Source: Ramlibacter tataouinensis
Lineage (GTDB): Bacteria; Pseudomonadota; Gammaproteobacteria; Burkholderiales; Burkholderiaceae_C
Assembly: GCA_002427815.1 (NCBI GenBank)
Contig: DIZF01000066.1
Span: 54,542-94,541, forward strand
DNA: 40,000 bases
Direction of reading: 5' to 3'
Shown: positions 20,505-28,132 of the stretch, piece by piece
Layout: each line of letters starts with the position of its first letter
Numbering within the stretch: the first letter of the stretch is position 1
Program-made: the position numbers and the translations under genes
The notes under the pieces: model-generated
The model's database searches: none
Told to the model about the DNA's origin: nothing
Seen by the model: the letters and a program-made list of their open reading frames with translations, nothing else

Positions 20505-20764
20505 AGTGGCAGGTCGTCTTCGCGAAACACGCACTCAAGGACGCCAAGAAGCTCAAAGCGGCGGGACTGAAGGAGAAGGCTCAGGAATTGCTGCAAGTGC
20601 TGGCCACTGATCCGTTCCAGAATCCACCGGCGTACGAAAAATTGGTTGGCGATCTTGAGGGCACGTATTCGCGGCGCATCAACATCCAGCATCGCCTGGT
20701 CTACGAAGTGTTCAAGAAAGAGCGCATCGTACGGGTCCTTCGTATGTGGACGCACTACGAATGA
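20498..20764 (+). CDS. yoeB: Txe/YoeB-family toxin
   Basis: The GTG start overlaps the yefM stop. ...LQVLATDPFQNPPAYEKLVGDLEGTYSRRINIQHRLVYEV...VRVLRMWTHYE is the YoeB signature. Confidence 0.9.
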   Translation: MVKWQVVFAKHALKDAKKLKAAGLKEKAQELLQVLATDPFQNPPAYEKLVGDLEGTYSRRINIQHRLVYEVFKKERIVRVLRMWTHYE

Positions 20765-20770
20765 ACTCGA

Positions 20771-20861
20771 GGGATAACATGCCCGTCAACGCGAACGCCC
20801 ACGGGCGTCCGCGCGTTGCGCGCGCATCTTTCCCTGGTCGCCGGTTACGTTTACGTTATAG
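20771..20861 (+). other. attC site 3
   Basis: R'' GGGATAAC (20771-78), spacer ATGCCC, L'' GTCAAC (20785-90), L' GTTAC (20844-48), spacer GTTTAC, R' GTTATAG (20855-61). Confidence 0.8.
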
Positions 20862-20875
20862 GGCGGGCCAAGCGC

Positions 20876-20903
20876 TTGACGTACATACATAGTGTATATA
20901 CAC
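20876..20903 (+). promoter_or_regulatory. Possible cassette-internal promoter/operator for brnT-brnA
   Basis: TTGACG at 20876-81. The perfect 12-bp palindrome GTGTATATACAC at 20892-20903 contains TATACA. The spacing is suboptimal (about 15 nt). Confidence 0.35.
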
Positions 20904-20910
20904 CAGGCGC

Positions 20911-21186
20911 ATGGAGTTCACGTGGTCGGAAGCGAAGCGGACCGCCAATCTCAAGGCACACGGGCTCGACTTCGTCGATGCGGCGTTTGTATTTGAGGGT
21001 GTGACGTTCACCTTCGAAGACGATCGGTTTTCCTGCGGTGAGCAGCGCTTCGTCACGCCTGGGCTGCTTGCTGGCATTCCCGTCTCAGTAGTTCATACGG
21101 AGAGTGAAAATGAAATCCGCATCATCTCGTTCCGCAAAGCCACAAACCGCGAAGCGCAAATCTACTGCAATGAAATCCAGGACTGA
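20911..21186 (+). CDS. brnT: BrnT-family (DUF497) toxin (cassette 4)
   Basis: MEFTWSEAKRTANLKAHGLDFVDAAFVFEG..FTFEDDRFSCGEQRF...IRIISFRKATNRE is the BrnT pattern. Confidence 0.85.
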   Translation: MEFTWSEAKRTANLKAHGLDFVDAAFVFEGVTFTFEDDRFSCGEQRFVTPGLLAGIPVSVVHTESENEIRIISFRKATNREAQIYCNEIQD

Positions 21187-21424
21187 CTGGGCTCGCCTCA
21201 AGGCAACTGGTAGCGCTGCCGCACCAACCGAAGAGCATCCGGAAGCCAGCGTTGCCCATATCGTGCGTGGAGTCGTTCGACGTGGGCTACAGCCTCTTCC
21301 GTCCAAAGCGTCCATCTCGCTGCGGGTAGACCAAGACGTTCTGGAGTGGTTCAAGGCGCAAGGCCCCGGCTATCAAACCCGCATCAACACCGTGCTACGG
21401 GCATTTCGTGACGCATCGGTATAA
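21170..21424 (+). CDS. brnA: BrnA-family antitoxin
   Basis: MKSRTDWARLKA...ISLRVDQDVLEWFKAQGPGYQTRINTVLRAF. It overlaps the brnT 3' end. The TAA stop lies in the R'' box of attC4. Confidence 0.8.
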   Translation: MKSRTDWARLKATGSAAAPTEEHPEASVAHIVRGVVRRGLQPLPSKASISLRVDQDVLEWFKAQGPGYQTRINTVLRAFRDASV

Positions 21425-21502
21425 CTGGTCGACACGGACACGAAGCAGAGGGCTGCCGCTTCGCGGCGTGTGCTGCGTGCCGGTCAGTTCCAACGGTCAG
21501 AG
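21418..21502 (+). other. attC site 4, degenerate
   Basis: R'' GGTATAAC (21418-25), but only a 2-nt spacer before GTCGACACGGAC. On the right side the boxes read GGTCAG (21482-87) and GGTCAGAG (21495-21502), so the GTT core has become GTC. Confidence 0.5.
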
Positions 21503-21505
21503 CGC

Positions 21506-22072
21506 ATGAACGTCATCACCGCCGGCAGTCTCACGCTGGAGCCACAGGTGGCGGCACATGCGGAGGAGATGTTGGTCGTCCTCGGCGACCCCGCGATCTA
21601 CCAGTACGAGGGCGAACCGCCTCCGTCGCTCGAGTGGTTGCGGGCTCGCTATGCAAGACTCGAATCCAGATTGTCCCCCGAGGGGCACGAGCAGTGGCTC
21701 AACTGGGTCATCCGCCTTCCGGCGTCTGGGCTCATTGGTTATGTCCAGGCCACAGTGCAACCGGACAATCGGGCCGCAATTGCCTACGTGCTGTCCAGCG
21801 CGTACTGGGGTCGCGGGCTTGCGCGCCAGGCCGTGCAGGCAATGGTCGCGGAGCTTGTCGAGCACTACCAGGTTCGCGAGCTGGCCGCGGTGCTCAAGCG
21901 CGAGAACCAGCGCTCGCTAGGGCTTCTTCAGCGGCTTGGATTCTCACTGGCTTCCCCCGAGCAGCATACCGAGCTTCTGGTTGCGCGCGACGAGGTGCTG
22001 ATGCAACGCACTTCGGCGCCGGCTGAGCGCGAACCTTGGGCGTCACCCAACCCTGCGAGGAGACTCACTTGA
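21506..22072 (+). CDS. GNAT-family N-acetyltransferase (cassette 5, gene 1)
   Basis: ...AIAYVLSSAYWGRGLARQAVQAMVAELVEHY is the acetyl-CoA binding motif Q/RxxGxG/A. ATG 21506 lies just outside attC4. Confidence 0.8.
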   Translation: MNVITAGSLTLEPQVAAHAEEMLVVLGDPAIYQYEGEPPPSLEWLRARYARLESRLSPEGHEQWLNWVIRLPASGLIGYVQATVQPDNRAAIAYVLSSAYWGRGLARQAVQAMVAELVEHYQVRELAAVLKRENQRSLGLLQRLGFSLASPEQHTELLVARDEVLMQRTSAPAEREPWASPNPARRLT

Positions 22073-22767
22073 AAGTCATCGGTCTGATCGGCGGCATGAG
22101 CTGGGAGTCCACAGTCCCGTATTACCGTCAAGTCAACGAGACGGTCAGGGAGCGCCTGGGTGGCCTCCACTCCGCAAAGATCGTTCTCTACAGCGTCGAC
22201 TTCCATGAAATTGAACGATTGCAGCACGCCGGAAACTGGGATGCCGCCGGCAAAGTACTGGGTGAGGCCGCCCGCGCACTCGAGTCCGCCGGCGCCGATT
22301 TCCTCGTGCTTTGCACGAACACCATGCACAAGGTTGCTCCAGCGATTGAATCGGCCGTGCGCATTCCGTTGTTCCACATTGCCGACCCTACAGCCGACGA
22401 GATCAAGCAAGCCGGCTTCTCGGCGGTCGGCTTGCTGGGTACCCGCTTCACCATGGAGCAGGAGTTCTATACGGATCGACTCCGTGAACGACACGGGCTT
22501 CGCGTGCTGACACCGAAGCAGGAAGACCGCGAAGTCGTGCATCGTGTCATCTACGAAGAGCTCTGCCTCGGAAAAGTCCTTCCTGAATCGCGCCTCGAGT
22601 ACCGGAGAATCATTTCCGGCCTGGTGGCCCAAGGGGCGGAGGCGGTCATTCTGGGTTGCACGGAGATCTCGCTTCTGGTCGGGCAGCAGGATTCGGACGT
22701 TCCGCTGTTCGACACAACGAGCATTCACGCTCGCAGGGCCGCCGAATGGGCGCTCTCTTCAGCATGA
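22069..22767 (+). CDS. Aspartate/glutamate racemase family protein (cassette 5, gene 2)
   Basis: (L/M)KVIGLIGGMSWESTVPYYRQVNE... and ...AVILGCTEISLLV carry the two catalytic Cys motifs (LCTNTMH and GCTE). TTG 22069 follows GAGGAG and overlaps the GNAT stop (TTGA). An in-frame GTG at 22036 is the alternative start. Confidence 0.8.
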   Translation: MKVIGLIGGMSWESTVPYYRQVNETVRERLGGLHSAKIVLYSVDFHEIERLQHAGNWDAAGKVLGEAARALESAGADFLVLCTNTMHKVAPAIESAVRIPLFHIADPTADEIKQAGFSAVGLLGTRFTMEQEFYTDRLRERHGLRVLTPKQEDREVVHRVIYEELCLGKVLPESRLEYRRIISGLVAQGAEAVILGCTEISLLVGQQDSDVPLFDTTSIHARRAAEWALSSA

Positions 22768-22814
22768 CGCGCTAAACTTTGCCGCCCTGTTTCCGACAGG
22801 CGGGCCTGGGCATC

Positions 22815-23012
22815 ATGTTTCACACGGTTGCCGCCGCCCTCGGCCTTGCCCTTGTCCTGATCAGGCAGGAGTACGCCTTTGTCCCGGAGGCGCTGTTCCG
22901 ACAGAGGCGTGAGGCCATCCTCCGCTCATTCCTCGACCGCTCGTACATCTACAGCACGGCCCGGTTCCAGTCCTCCCTGGAAGAGCGCGCCCGTGCCAAC
23001 CTGCGCCGGTGA
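22815..23012 (+). CDS. Small hypothetical protein (65 aa) with an N-terminal hydrophobic helix
   Basis: 55 of 65 codons end in G/C (hand count), typical of real genes here. No recognisable family and a weak RBS. Confidence 0.35.
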   Translation: MFHTVAAALGLALVLIRQEYAFVPEALFRQRREAILRSFLDRSYIYSTARFQSSLEERARANLRR

Positions 23013-24215
23013 TGGCTGGATCGCTGCGTCGGCAAGACTCATCAGCGCGCGCCGCGTTCCGCCATCGCCCACCGGGACGCCCAGCGTGACCAGCGCCGCT
23101 TCAACGCCGGCAATCGCGCCCAGGATCATGGCGGGATTGCAGTCGCCCAGGTGGCCGATGCGAAAGGCACGCCCCGTCAGCGGGCCCAGGCCGCCGGCCA
23201 GCGCGACCTGGAAGCGGTCGCGCGCCACTGCGCGAAGCGCCTCGACGTCGATGCCCTGGGCCACGGTGATGGTGGTGACCGAATGGGAGCGGGTGGCCGG
23301 GTCCTGCGCGAAGAACCCCAGCGCTCCGCCCTCGCGCCAACCCTCGACGGCGGCCTGCACGGCGCGTGCCAGTTGCGCGTGGCGGCGCCATACCGCGTCC
23401 AGCCCCTCGCTGAAGATCAGGCCCAGTGCCGCCTCCAGCCCCAGCAACAGGTTCTGCGGCGGCGTTCCACAAAACTTGCGGTAAGACTGCTCGTGCTTGC
23501 GACGCGCCCAGTCCCAATAGAAGCGCGGTGAAGGATTGCGCTGGGCGGCGGCCAACGCGGCCGCATTGACGGCCACGAACCCGAGCCCGGTCGGGCACAT
23601 CAGTCCCTTCTGCGACGCGCCCACGGCCACGTCCACGCCGGTGTCGTCCATCGCGAACGGCACGGCGGCGAGCGTCGAGACCACGTCGGCAACCAGGATC
23701 GCCGGGTGGCCGGCGGCGTCGATGGCACAGCGCACCGCGCGCAGGTCGTTGGTGACGCCCGAAGCGGTGTCGGTGTGGATCGCGAACACGGCCTTGATCG
23801 CATGCGCCTTGTCGTCACGCAGGCCTTGCTCGACGGCGGCGACGTCCATCGGCCAGCCTTCGCGCCAGGGCGTGCGGACCACGCGCCGGCCCAGCGCTTC
23901 GGTCTGCACGGCCCACGATTCGCTGAAATGCCCGGTGGCGGGTACCAGCACGGCTTCGCCCGGCGCCGCCAGGTTTTCGATGACGGCCTCCCAGACGCCG
24001 TGGCCGTTGGCGGCGTACATGAAGACGTCGGCTGCGCTGGTATGCAACAGGCGCTTCAGGCCCTGCTCGCAGGCAACGATGTTGGCATCCACCCGCGGGT
24101 CGCCCAGGTCCATGGGCTGCGCGCTCATCGCGTGCAGCACGGCTTCGGGAATCGGTGTGGGGCCGGGCGAGTGGAGGAAGCGGCGACCGGGGATGCGGGG
24201 GTGAGGGTGTGTCAT
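22926..24215 (-). CDS. Class V (AGXT/serine-pyruvate type) PLP aminotransferase
   Basis: It has the SQKGLMCPTGLGF PLP-lysine motif and ...AFRIGHLGD near the C-terminus. The last ~29 codons overlap the small plus-strand ORF and look non-native. Confidence 0.8.
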   Translation of the reverse strand: MTHPHPRIPGRRFLHSPGPTPIPEAVLHAMSAQPMDLGDPRVDANIVACEQGLKRLLHTSAADVFMYAANGHGVWEAVIENLAAPGEAVLVPATGHFSESWAVQTEALGRRVVRTPWREGWPMDVAAVEQGLRDDKAHAIKAVFAIHTDTASGVTNDLRAVRCAIDAAGHPAILVADVVSTLAAVPFAMDDTGVDVAVGASQKGLMCPTGLGFVAVNAAALAAAQRNPSPRFYWDWARRKHEQSYRKFCGTPPQNLLLGLEAALGLIFSEGLDAVWRRHAQLARAVQAAVEGWREGGALGFFAQDPATRSHSVTTITVAQGIDVEALRAVARDRFQVALAGGLGPLTGRAFRIGHLGDCNPAMILGAIAGVEAALVTLGVPVGDGGTRRALMSLADAAIQPSPAQVGTGALFQGGLEPGRAVDVRAVEE

Positions 24216-24310
24216 GGAGGGGCTCGGCCAGGAGGGCGCCCGGCAATGGTACCGCCTGCAGGATGCCGGACGCTGTCCGAACGGCGACCTCGAGGGTCAG
24301 GCCGCCGGCC

Positions 24311-25819
24311 TCAGATCTCGAAGCGGATGCCCTGTGCCAGCGGCAGGCTCAATCCGTAGTTGATCGTGTTGGTGGCGCGGCGCATGTAGGCCTTCCAGGC
24401 GTCCGAGCCCGATTCGCGCCCGCCGCCGGTTTCCTTTTCGCCGCCGAACGCACCGCCGATTTCGGCGCCGCTGGTGCCGATGTTGACGTTGGCGATGCCG
24501 CAGTCCGAGCCGCGGGCGGAGGTGAACAGCTCGGCCTCGCGCAGGTCGCGGGTGAAGATGGCGGACGACAGGCCGTGGGCCACGGCGTTGTTCATCGCCA
24601 CCGCGTCTTCGAATTGGTCATAAGGCGTCACGTACAGGATGGGCGCGAAAGTCTCGTGCAGCATCGGGCCGGCCTGTTCCTCCATTTCGACGATCGCGGG
24701 CCGCACGTAATGCGCGGCAGCGGCACCCGGTTCGCGGTTGCCGAAGTGGACCGTGGCGCCGAGCGAGCGCGCCGCGGACAGTGCCGCCTGCATCGTGTCA
24801 AAGGCACGGGCATCGATCAGCGGGCCGACCAGCGTTCCGTCCTTGAGCGGATCGCCGACCGGCAGCCGCCCGAACACCGCAACCAGGCGCTCCACCAATT
24901 GGGCATAGATAGCGCGTTGCACGATAAGCCTTCGCAGGCTGGTGCAACGCTGGCCGGCGGTTCCGGCGGCGGCGAAGGCGGCACCGCGTACCACCAGTTC
25001 CAGGTCGGCCGAGGGGCAGACGATGGCGGCGTTGTTGCCGCCCAGTTCGAGCAGCGAGCGCTTGAAGAGCGACGCGCAGGCGACGCCCACGTTCTTGCCC
25101 ATGGCGGTGGAGCCGGTGGCGCTGACCAGCTTCACGTGGGGGTGCGCCACCAGCGCTTCGCCGGTTGCGCGGTCGCCGATCAGGACTTCGCTGAGGCCGC
25201 TGTCGAATCCGTTGTCACGGGCGGCGCGCTGCAGCAGGCCGTTGAGCGCCAGCGCGCTCAATGGTGTCTTTTCCGACGGCTTCCAGGCCAGCGTATTGCC
25301 GCACACCAGCGCCAGCGCAGCGTTCCAGGCGAACACCGCCATCGGGAAGTTGAAGGCCGAGATCACGCCCACCACGCCCAGCGGATGCCAGGTCTCCAGC
25401 AGCTTGTGGTCCGGCCGCTCGCTGGCGATCGTGAGGCCGTAGAGCTGGCGCGACAGGCCGACCGCGAATTCGCAGATGTCGATCACCTCCTGCACTTCGC
25501 CCAGGCCTTCCTGCAGGATCTTGCCGGTCTCCAGCGAAATCAGCCTCGCCAGATCGCCCTTGTGGCTGCGCACCAGCTCGCCAAAGGCGCGCACCAATTC
25601 ACCGCGCCGTGGCGCAGGGACGTCGCGCCAGGCCAGGAACTGTTCGTGCGCCCGCTTCAGCGCGGCACCGGCGGCGGCCGGACTGCTCGCCGCCACCCGG
25701 GCGAGCAGGCTGCCGTCGATGGGCGTGTGAACTTCCAGGCCCGCTTGGGCGGTGCTGCGCAAGTCGGGCGCGAGGCCGAGGGCTTGAAAGACTGATGTGG
25801 TGTCGTTGGCGTAGGTCAT
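24311..25819 (-). CDS. amaB: ALDH7-family aldehyde dehydrogenase (piperideine-6-carboxylate / aminoadipate-semialdehyde dehydrogenase type)
   Basis: It has ELGGNNA and the catalytic Cys in GQRCTS. The C-terminal GGEKETGGGRESGSDAWKAYMRR.TNTINYG..LPLAQGI.F is the antiquitin/AmaB hallmark. Confidence 0.8.
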   Translation of the reverse strand: MTYANDTTSVFQALGLAPDLRSTAQAGLEVHTPIDGSLLARVAASSPAAAGAALKRAHEQFLAWRDVPAPRRGELVRAFGELVRSHKGDLARLISLETGKILQEGLGEVQEVIDICEFAVGLSRQLYGLTIASERPDHKLLETWHPLGVVGVISAFNFPMAVFAWNAALALVCGNTLAWKPSEKTPLSALALNGLLQRAARDNGFDSGLSEVLIGDRATGEALVAHPHVKLVSATGSTAMGKNVGVACASLFKRSLLELGGNNAAIVCPSADLELVVRGAAFAAAGTAGQRCTSLRRLIVQRAIYAQLVERLVAVFGRLPVGDPLKDGTLVGPLIDARAFDTMQAALSAARSLGATVHFGNREPGAAAAHYVRPAIVEMEEQAGPMLHETFAPILYVTPYDQFEDAVAMNNAVAHGLSSAIFTRDLREAELFTSARGSDCGIANVNIGTSGAEIGGAFGGEKETGGGRESGSDAWKAYMRRATNTINYGLSLPLAQGIRFEI

Positions 25820-25891
25820 GGCGAGGTCCGTTCGAGAGGAGATTGTCGCGCGGTGCCGAGCGGATCGGGTCGACGCCGGCGACAGGCAGCC

Positions 25892-26959
25892 TTAGCGCTC
25901 GACGGTCTTGTTCCAGCGTGCGTTCCAGGCCGGGCGGTTTTCGTTGATCGAATCCCAGTCGACGGTCTTGGCGGTCTTCATGTACTCGTTCATCTGGTTC
26001 ACCAGCGCCGCGGCTTCACCGGTGGCCTTGGTCTTGGGATTGGACGGGATCTGGTCGCCATGTTGCAGGGCGAGCGCCTGGGCTTCCGGCGACAGCAGGT
26101 ACTGCGCCAGCTTCTGGGCCAGCGCCGGCTCGCTGTTGCCGGCGATCACGCATTCGCCCACCGTGAGCACGGCCGAGCCTTCCTTGGGCTGCACATACTC
26201 GACCGGCAGTCCCTTGCTCTTGAGCACGCCCACGGCCGTGGGGGTCAGCGGAAAGATCGCCGCCTCGCCGGTCTGGACCATTTCCGAAAGCTTGGCCGAG
26301 CTGGGGATGTACTCCAGCACGTTCGGGCCGATCGTGGTCGGCCAGGCCTTGAAGCCGGGCTCGACGTTCTTGTCGGTGCCGCCCTGGATGCGGTTGAAGA
26401 GCAGGAAGCCGTGCAGGCCGAAGGTCGACGACGACAGCGACTGGAATACGACCTTGCCCTTGAATTTGGGGTCCGCCAGATCCATCCAGGAGGTCGGGGC
26501 CGGCCAGCCTTTCTCGGTGAACATCTTCTTGTTGTAGGCCAGGCCGGTCATGCCCACGTTGACGCCGGCGGCCATGTCGCCCTTGAAGCGCGCGGTCGGA
26601 TACAGGTCATTGAGCGCCTGGCTGGGCTGCATCTTCTCGCACAGGCCCATGCCGATGGCGCGGTACATGATCCCGTCGTCCAGGAACATCACGTGCATCT
26701 GCGGCTTGTCCTTGGTGGCCTGCGCCTTGGCCAGGATGTCCGACGAGGTGCCGGGCACCACCACCACCTTGGCACCATTGGCCTTTTCGAAGGGGCCGAA
26801 CACGTACTCGGTATAGGTCTTCTCCATCGTGCCGCCGTTCATGCCGATGTAGAGCGTCCTGGTCTGGGCGATCGCCGGGGCCGCGCACAGCCAGGCGGCC
26901 GCGATGGCCAGCGATACCGCGCAGTCGCGGAAGGACGGGAAGCTTGGGGTTTGGGTCAT
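25892..26959 (-). CDS. ABC transporter substrate-binding protein (PotD/PotF-like)
   Basis: Sec signal ...AAAWLCAAPAIAQT. The start at 26959 is preceded by GAGGAG on the minus strand. It has a polyamine/opine-type binding-protein body. Confidence 0.8.
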   Translation of the reverse strand: MTQTPSFPSFRDCAVSLAIAAAWLCAAPAIAQTRTLYIGMNGGTMEKTYTEYVFGPFEKANGAKVVVVPGTSSDILAKAQATKDKPQMHVMFLDDGIMYRAIGMGLCEKMQPSQALNDLYPTARFKGDMAAGVNVGMTGLAYNKKMFTEKGWPAPTSWMDLADPKFKGKVVFQSLSSSTFGLHGFLLFNRIQGGTDKNVEPGFKAWPTTIGPNVLEYIPSSAKLSEMVQTGEAAIFPLTPTAVGVLKSKGLPVEYVQPKEGSAVLTVGECVIAGNSEPALAQKLAQYLLSPEAQALALQHGDQIPSNPKTKATGEAAALVNQMNEYMKTAKTVDWDSINENRPAWNARWNKTVER

Positions 26960-26968
26960 GGGAACTCC

Positions 26969-28132
26969 TCAGGGCTGGTGGGTTGCTGAAAGGGCCAGCC
27001 CGGCGGATGCCGTGCCGGTGCCGGGGGAAAAACGCGAAACGGAAAAGGCGTCGATAGCGGTGGCGCTCCTGCCATCGCGTACCAGGTCGGCCAGCACGGC
27101 GCCCACGGCGGGGCCGAGCTGGAAGCCGCCGCCGGCAAAGCCGAACGCGTGCCAGAGGCCGGGGGTGGTGGCGCTGGCGCCGATGACCGGGAGCCGGTCC
27201 GGCAGGTAGCCTTCGGTGCCGCTCCAGGTCCGGATGATGTGGGCGTTGCGCAGCGAGGGCAGCAGGGCGACGGCCTGCTGCATCAGGCTGGCCAGGCTGC
27301 TGCGCTCGACGCGGGCACGCAGGTTGTCCAGCGCCTGGCCCCGGCCGCCGCCGATGACGCAGTTGCCGCGCGCGACCTGGCGGGCATAGACGCCGCCGCC
27401 TTCGACGCCCAGGCTGAAGTCCATGAACGCGGGCAGCGCCTCGGTCACGGCCATCTGCGGGTGGCCCGACTCCATCGGCACGTGGTCGCCGAACTGCGCG
27501 GAGATGCTGCCGGCCCAGGCACCGGCGCAATTGAGCAGATGGGTGCTGCGCACTTCCAGCGCGTTGCCCGATCGCACCACGAAGCGGCGGCCATCGTGCC
27601 CGGTCTCGTCGACGCGGGTCTGCTCGCGCACATCGGCGCCCAGCCGCTGGGCCGCGCGCGCAAACGCCGGCGACACCAGCCGCGGGTTGGCCTGGCCGTC
27701 GTCGGGACACAGGGAGCCGCCGACCGCGGCGTGGCCCAGCCAGGGGCAGCGTTCATGCACGCTGCGAGCCGACAGCATTTCCAGGTTCATTCCGAAGCCG
27801 CGCGTGCTCTCGCGGTATTTTTCCAGCGCGGCCAGGTCGGCCTCGCTGCGCGCGATCTTGAGGTGGCCCGAACGCAGGTATTCGCCGTCGATGCCGATCA
27901 GCTGAGGCAGTTGCGCCCAGATGGCGTGGGCGCGCTGCGACAGCGGCAATTGGCTCGGCGGCCGGCCCTGGCGCCGCACGCCGCCATAGTTGACGCCGCT
28001 GGAGCGCGAACCGCATAGGTCGCGCTCGATCAGCACCACCGCGAGGCCCATGCGGCGCAGGAACAGCGCGGCCGAGGCGCCGACGATGCCGCCGCCGATG
28101 ATCGCCACGTCGGTCGTGATGCGTTCGCTCAT
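26969..28132 (-). CDS. FAD-dependent oxidoreductase, beta subunit type (HcnC / opine oxidase B / D-hydroxyproline dehydrogenase beta-like)
   Basis: MSERITTDVAIIGGGIVGASAALFL is a dinucleotide-binding motif on a DAO-family body. Its ATG overlaps the upstream stop (ATGA). Confidence 0.75.
   Translation of the reverse strand: MSERITTDVAIIGGGIVGASAALFLRRMGLAVVLIERDLCGSRSSGVNYGGVRRQGRPPSQLPLSQRAHAIWAQLPQLIGIDGEYLRSGHLKIARSEADLAALEKYRESTRGFGMNLEMLSARSVHERCPWLGHAAVGGSLCPDDGQANPRLVSPAFARAAQRLGADVREQTRVDETGHDGRRFVVRSGNALEVRSTHLLNCAGAWAGSISAQFGDHVPMESGHPQMAVTEALPAFMDFSLGVEGGGVYARQVARGNCVIGGGRGQALDNLRARVERSSLASLMQQAVALLPSLRNAHIIRTWSGTEGYLPDRLPVIGASATTPGLWHAFGFAGGGFQLGPAVGAVLADLVRDGRSATAIDAFSVSRFSPGTGTASAGLALSATHQP

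Noticed and set aside
22000-22075. Possible attC remnant between the GNAT and racemase genes (CTTGGGCG resembles the right arm of attC2).
   Set aside because: Only one 8-mer is shared, with no R''/L'' boxes and no palindrome. It is treated as coincidence pending a covariance-model search.
22768-22830. Possible fifth attC after the racemase gene (TAAAC ... stem GCCGCCCTGT/ACAGGCGGGC ... GTTTCAC).
   Set aside because: It lacks the GTCAAC/GGTTAC boxes shared by the other four sites. Its putative cores do not fit RYYYAAC/GTTRRRY or complement the cassette-5 start. It may simply be a weak hairpin.
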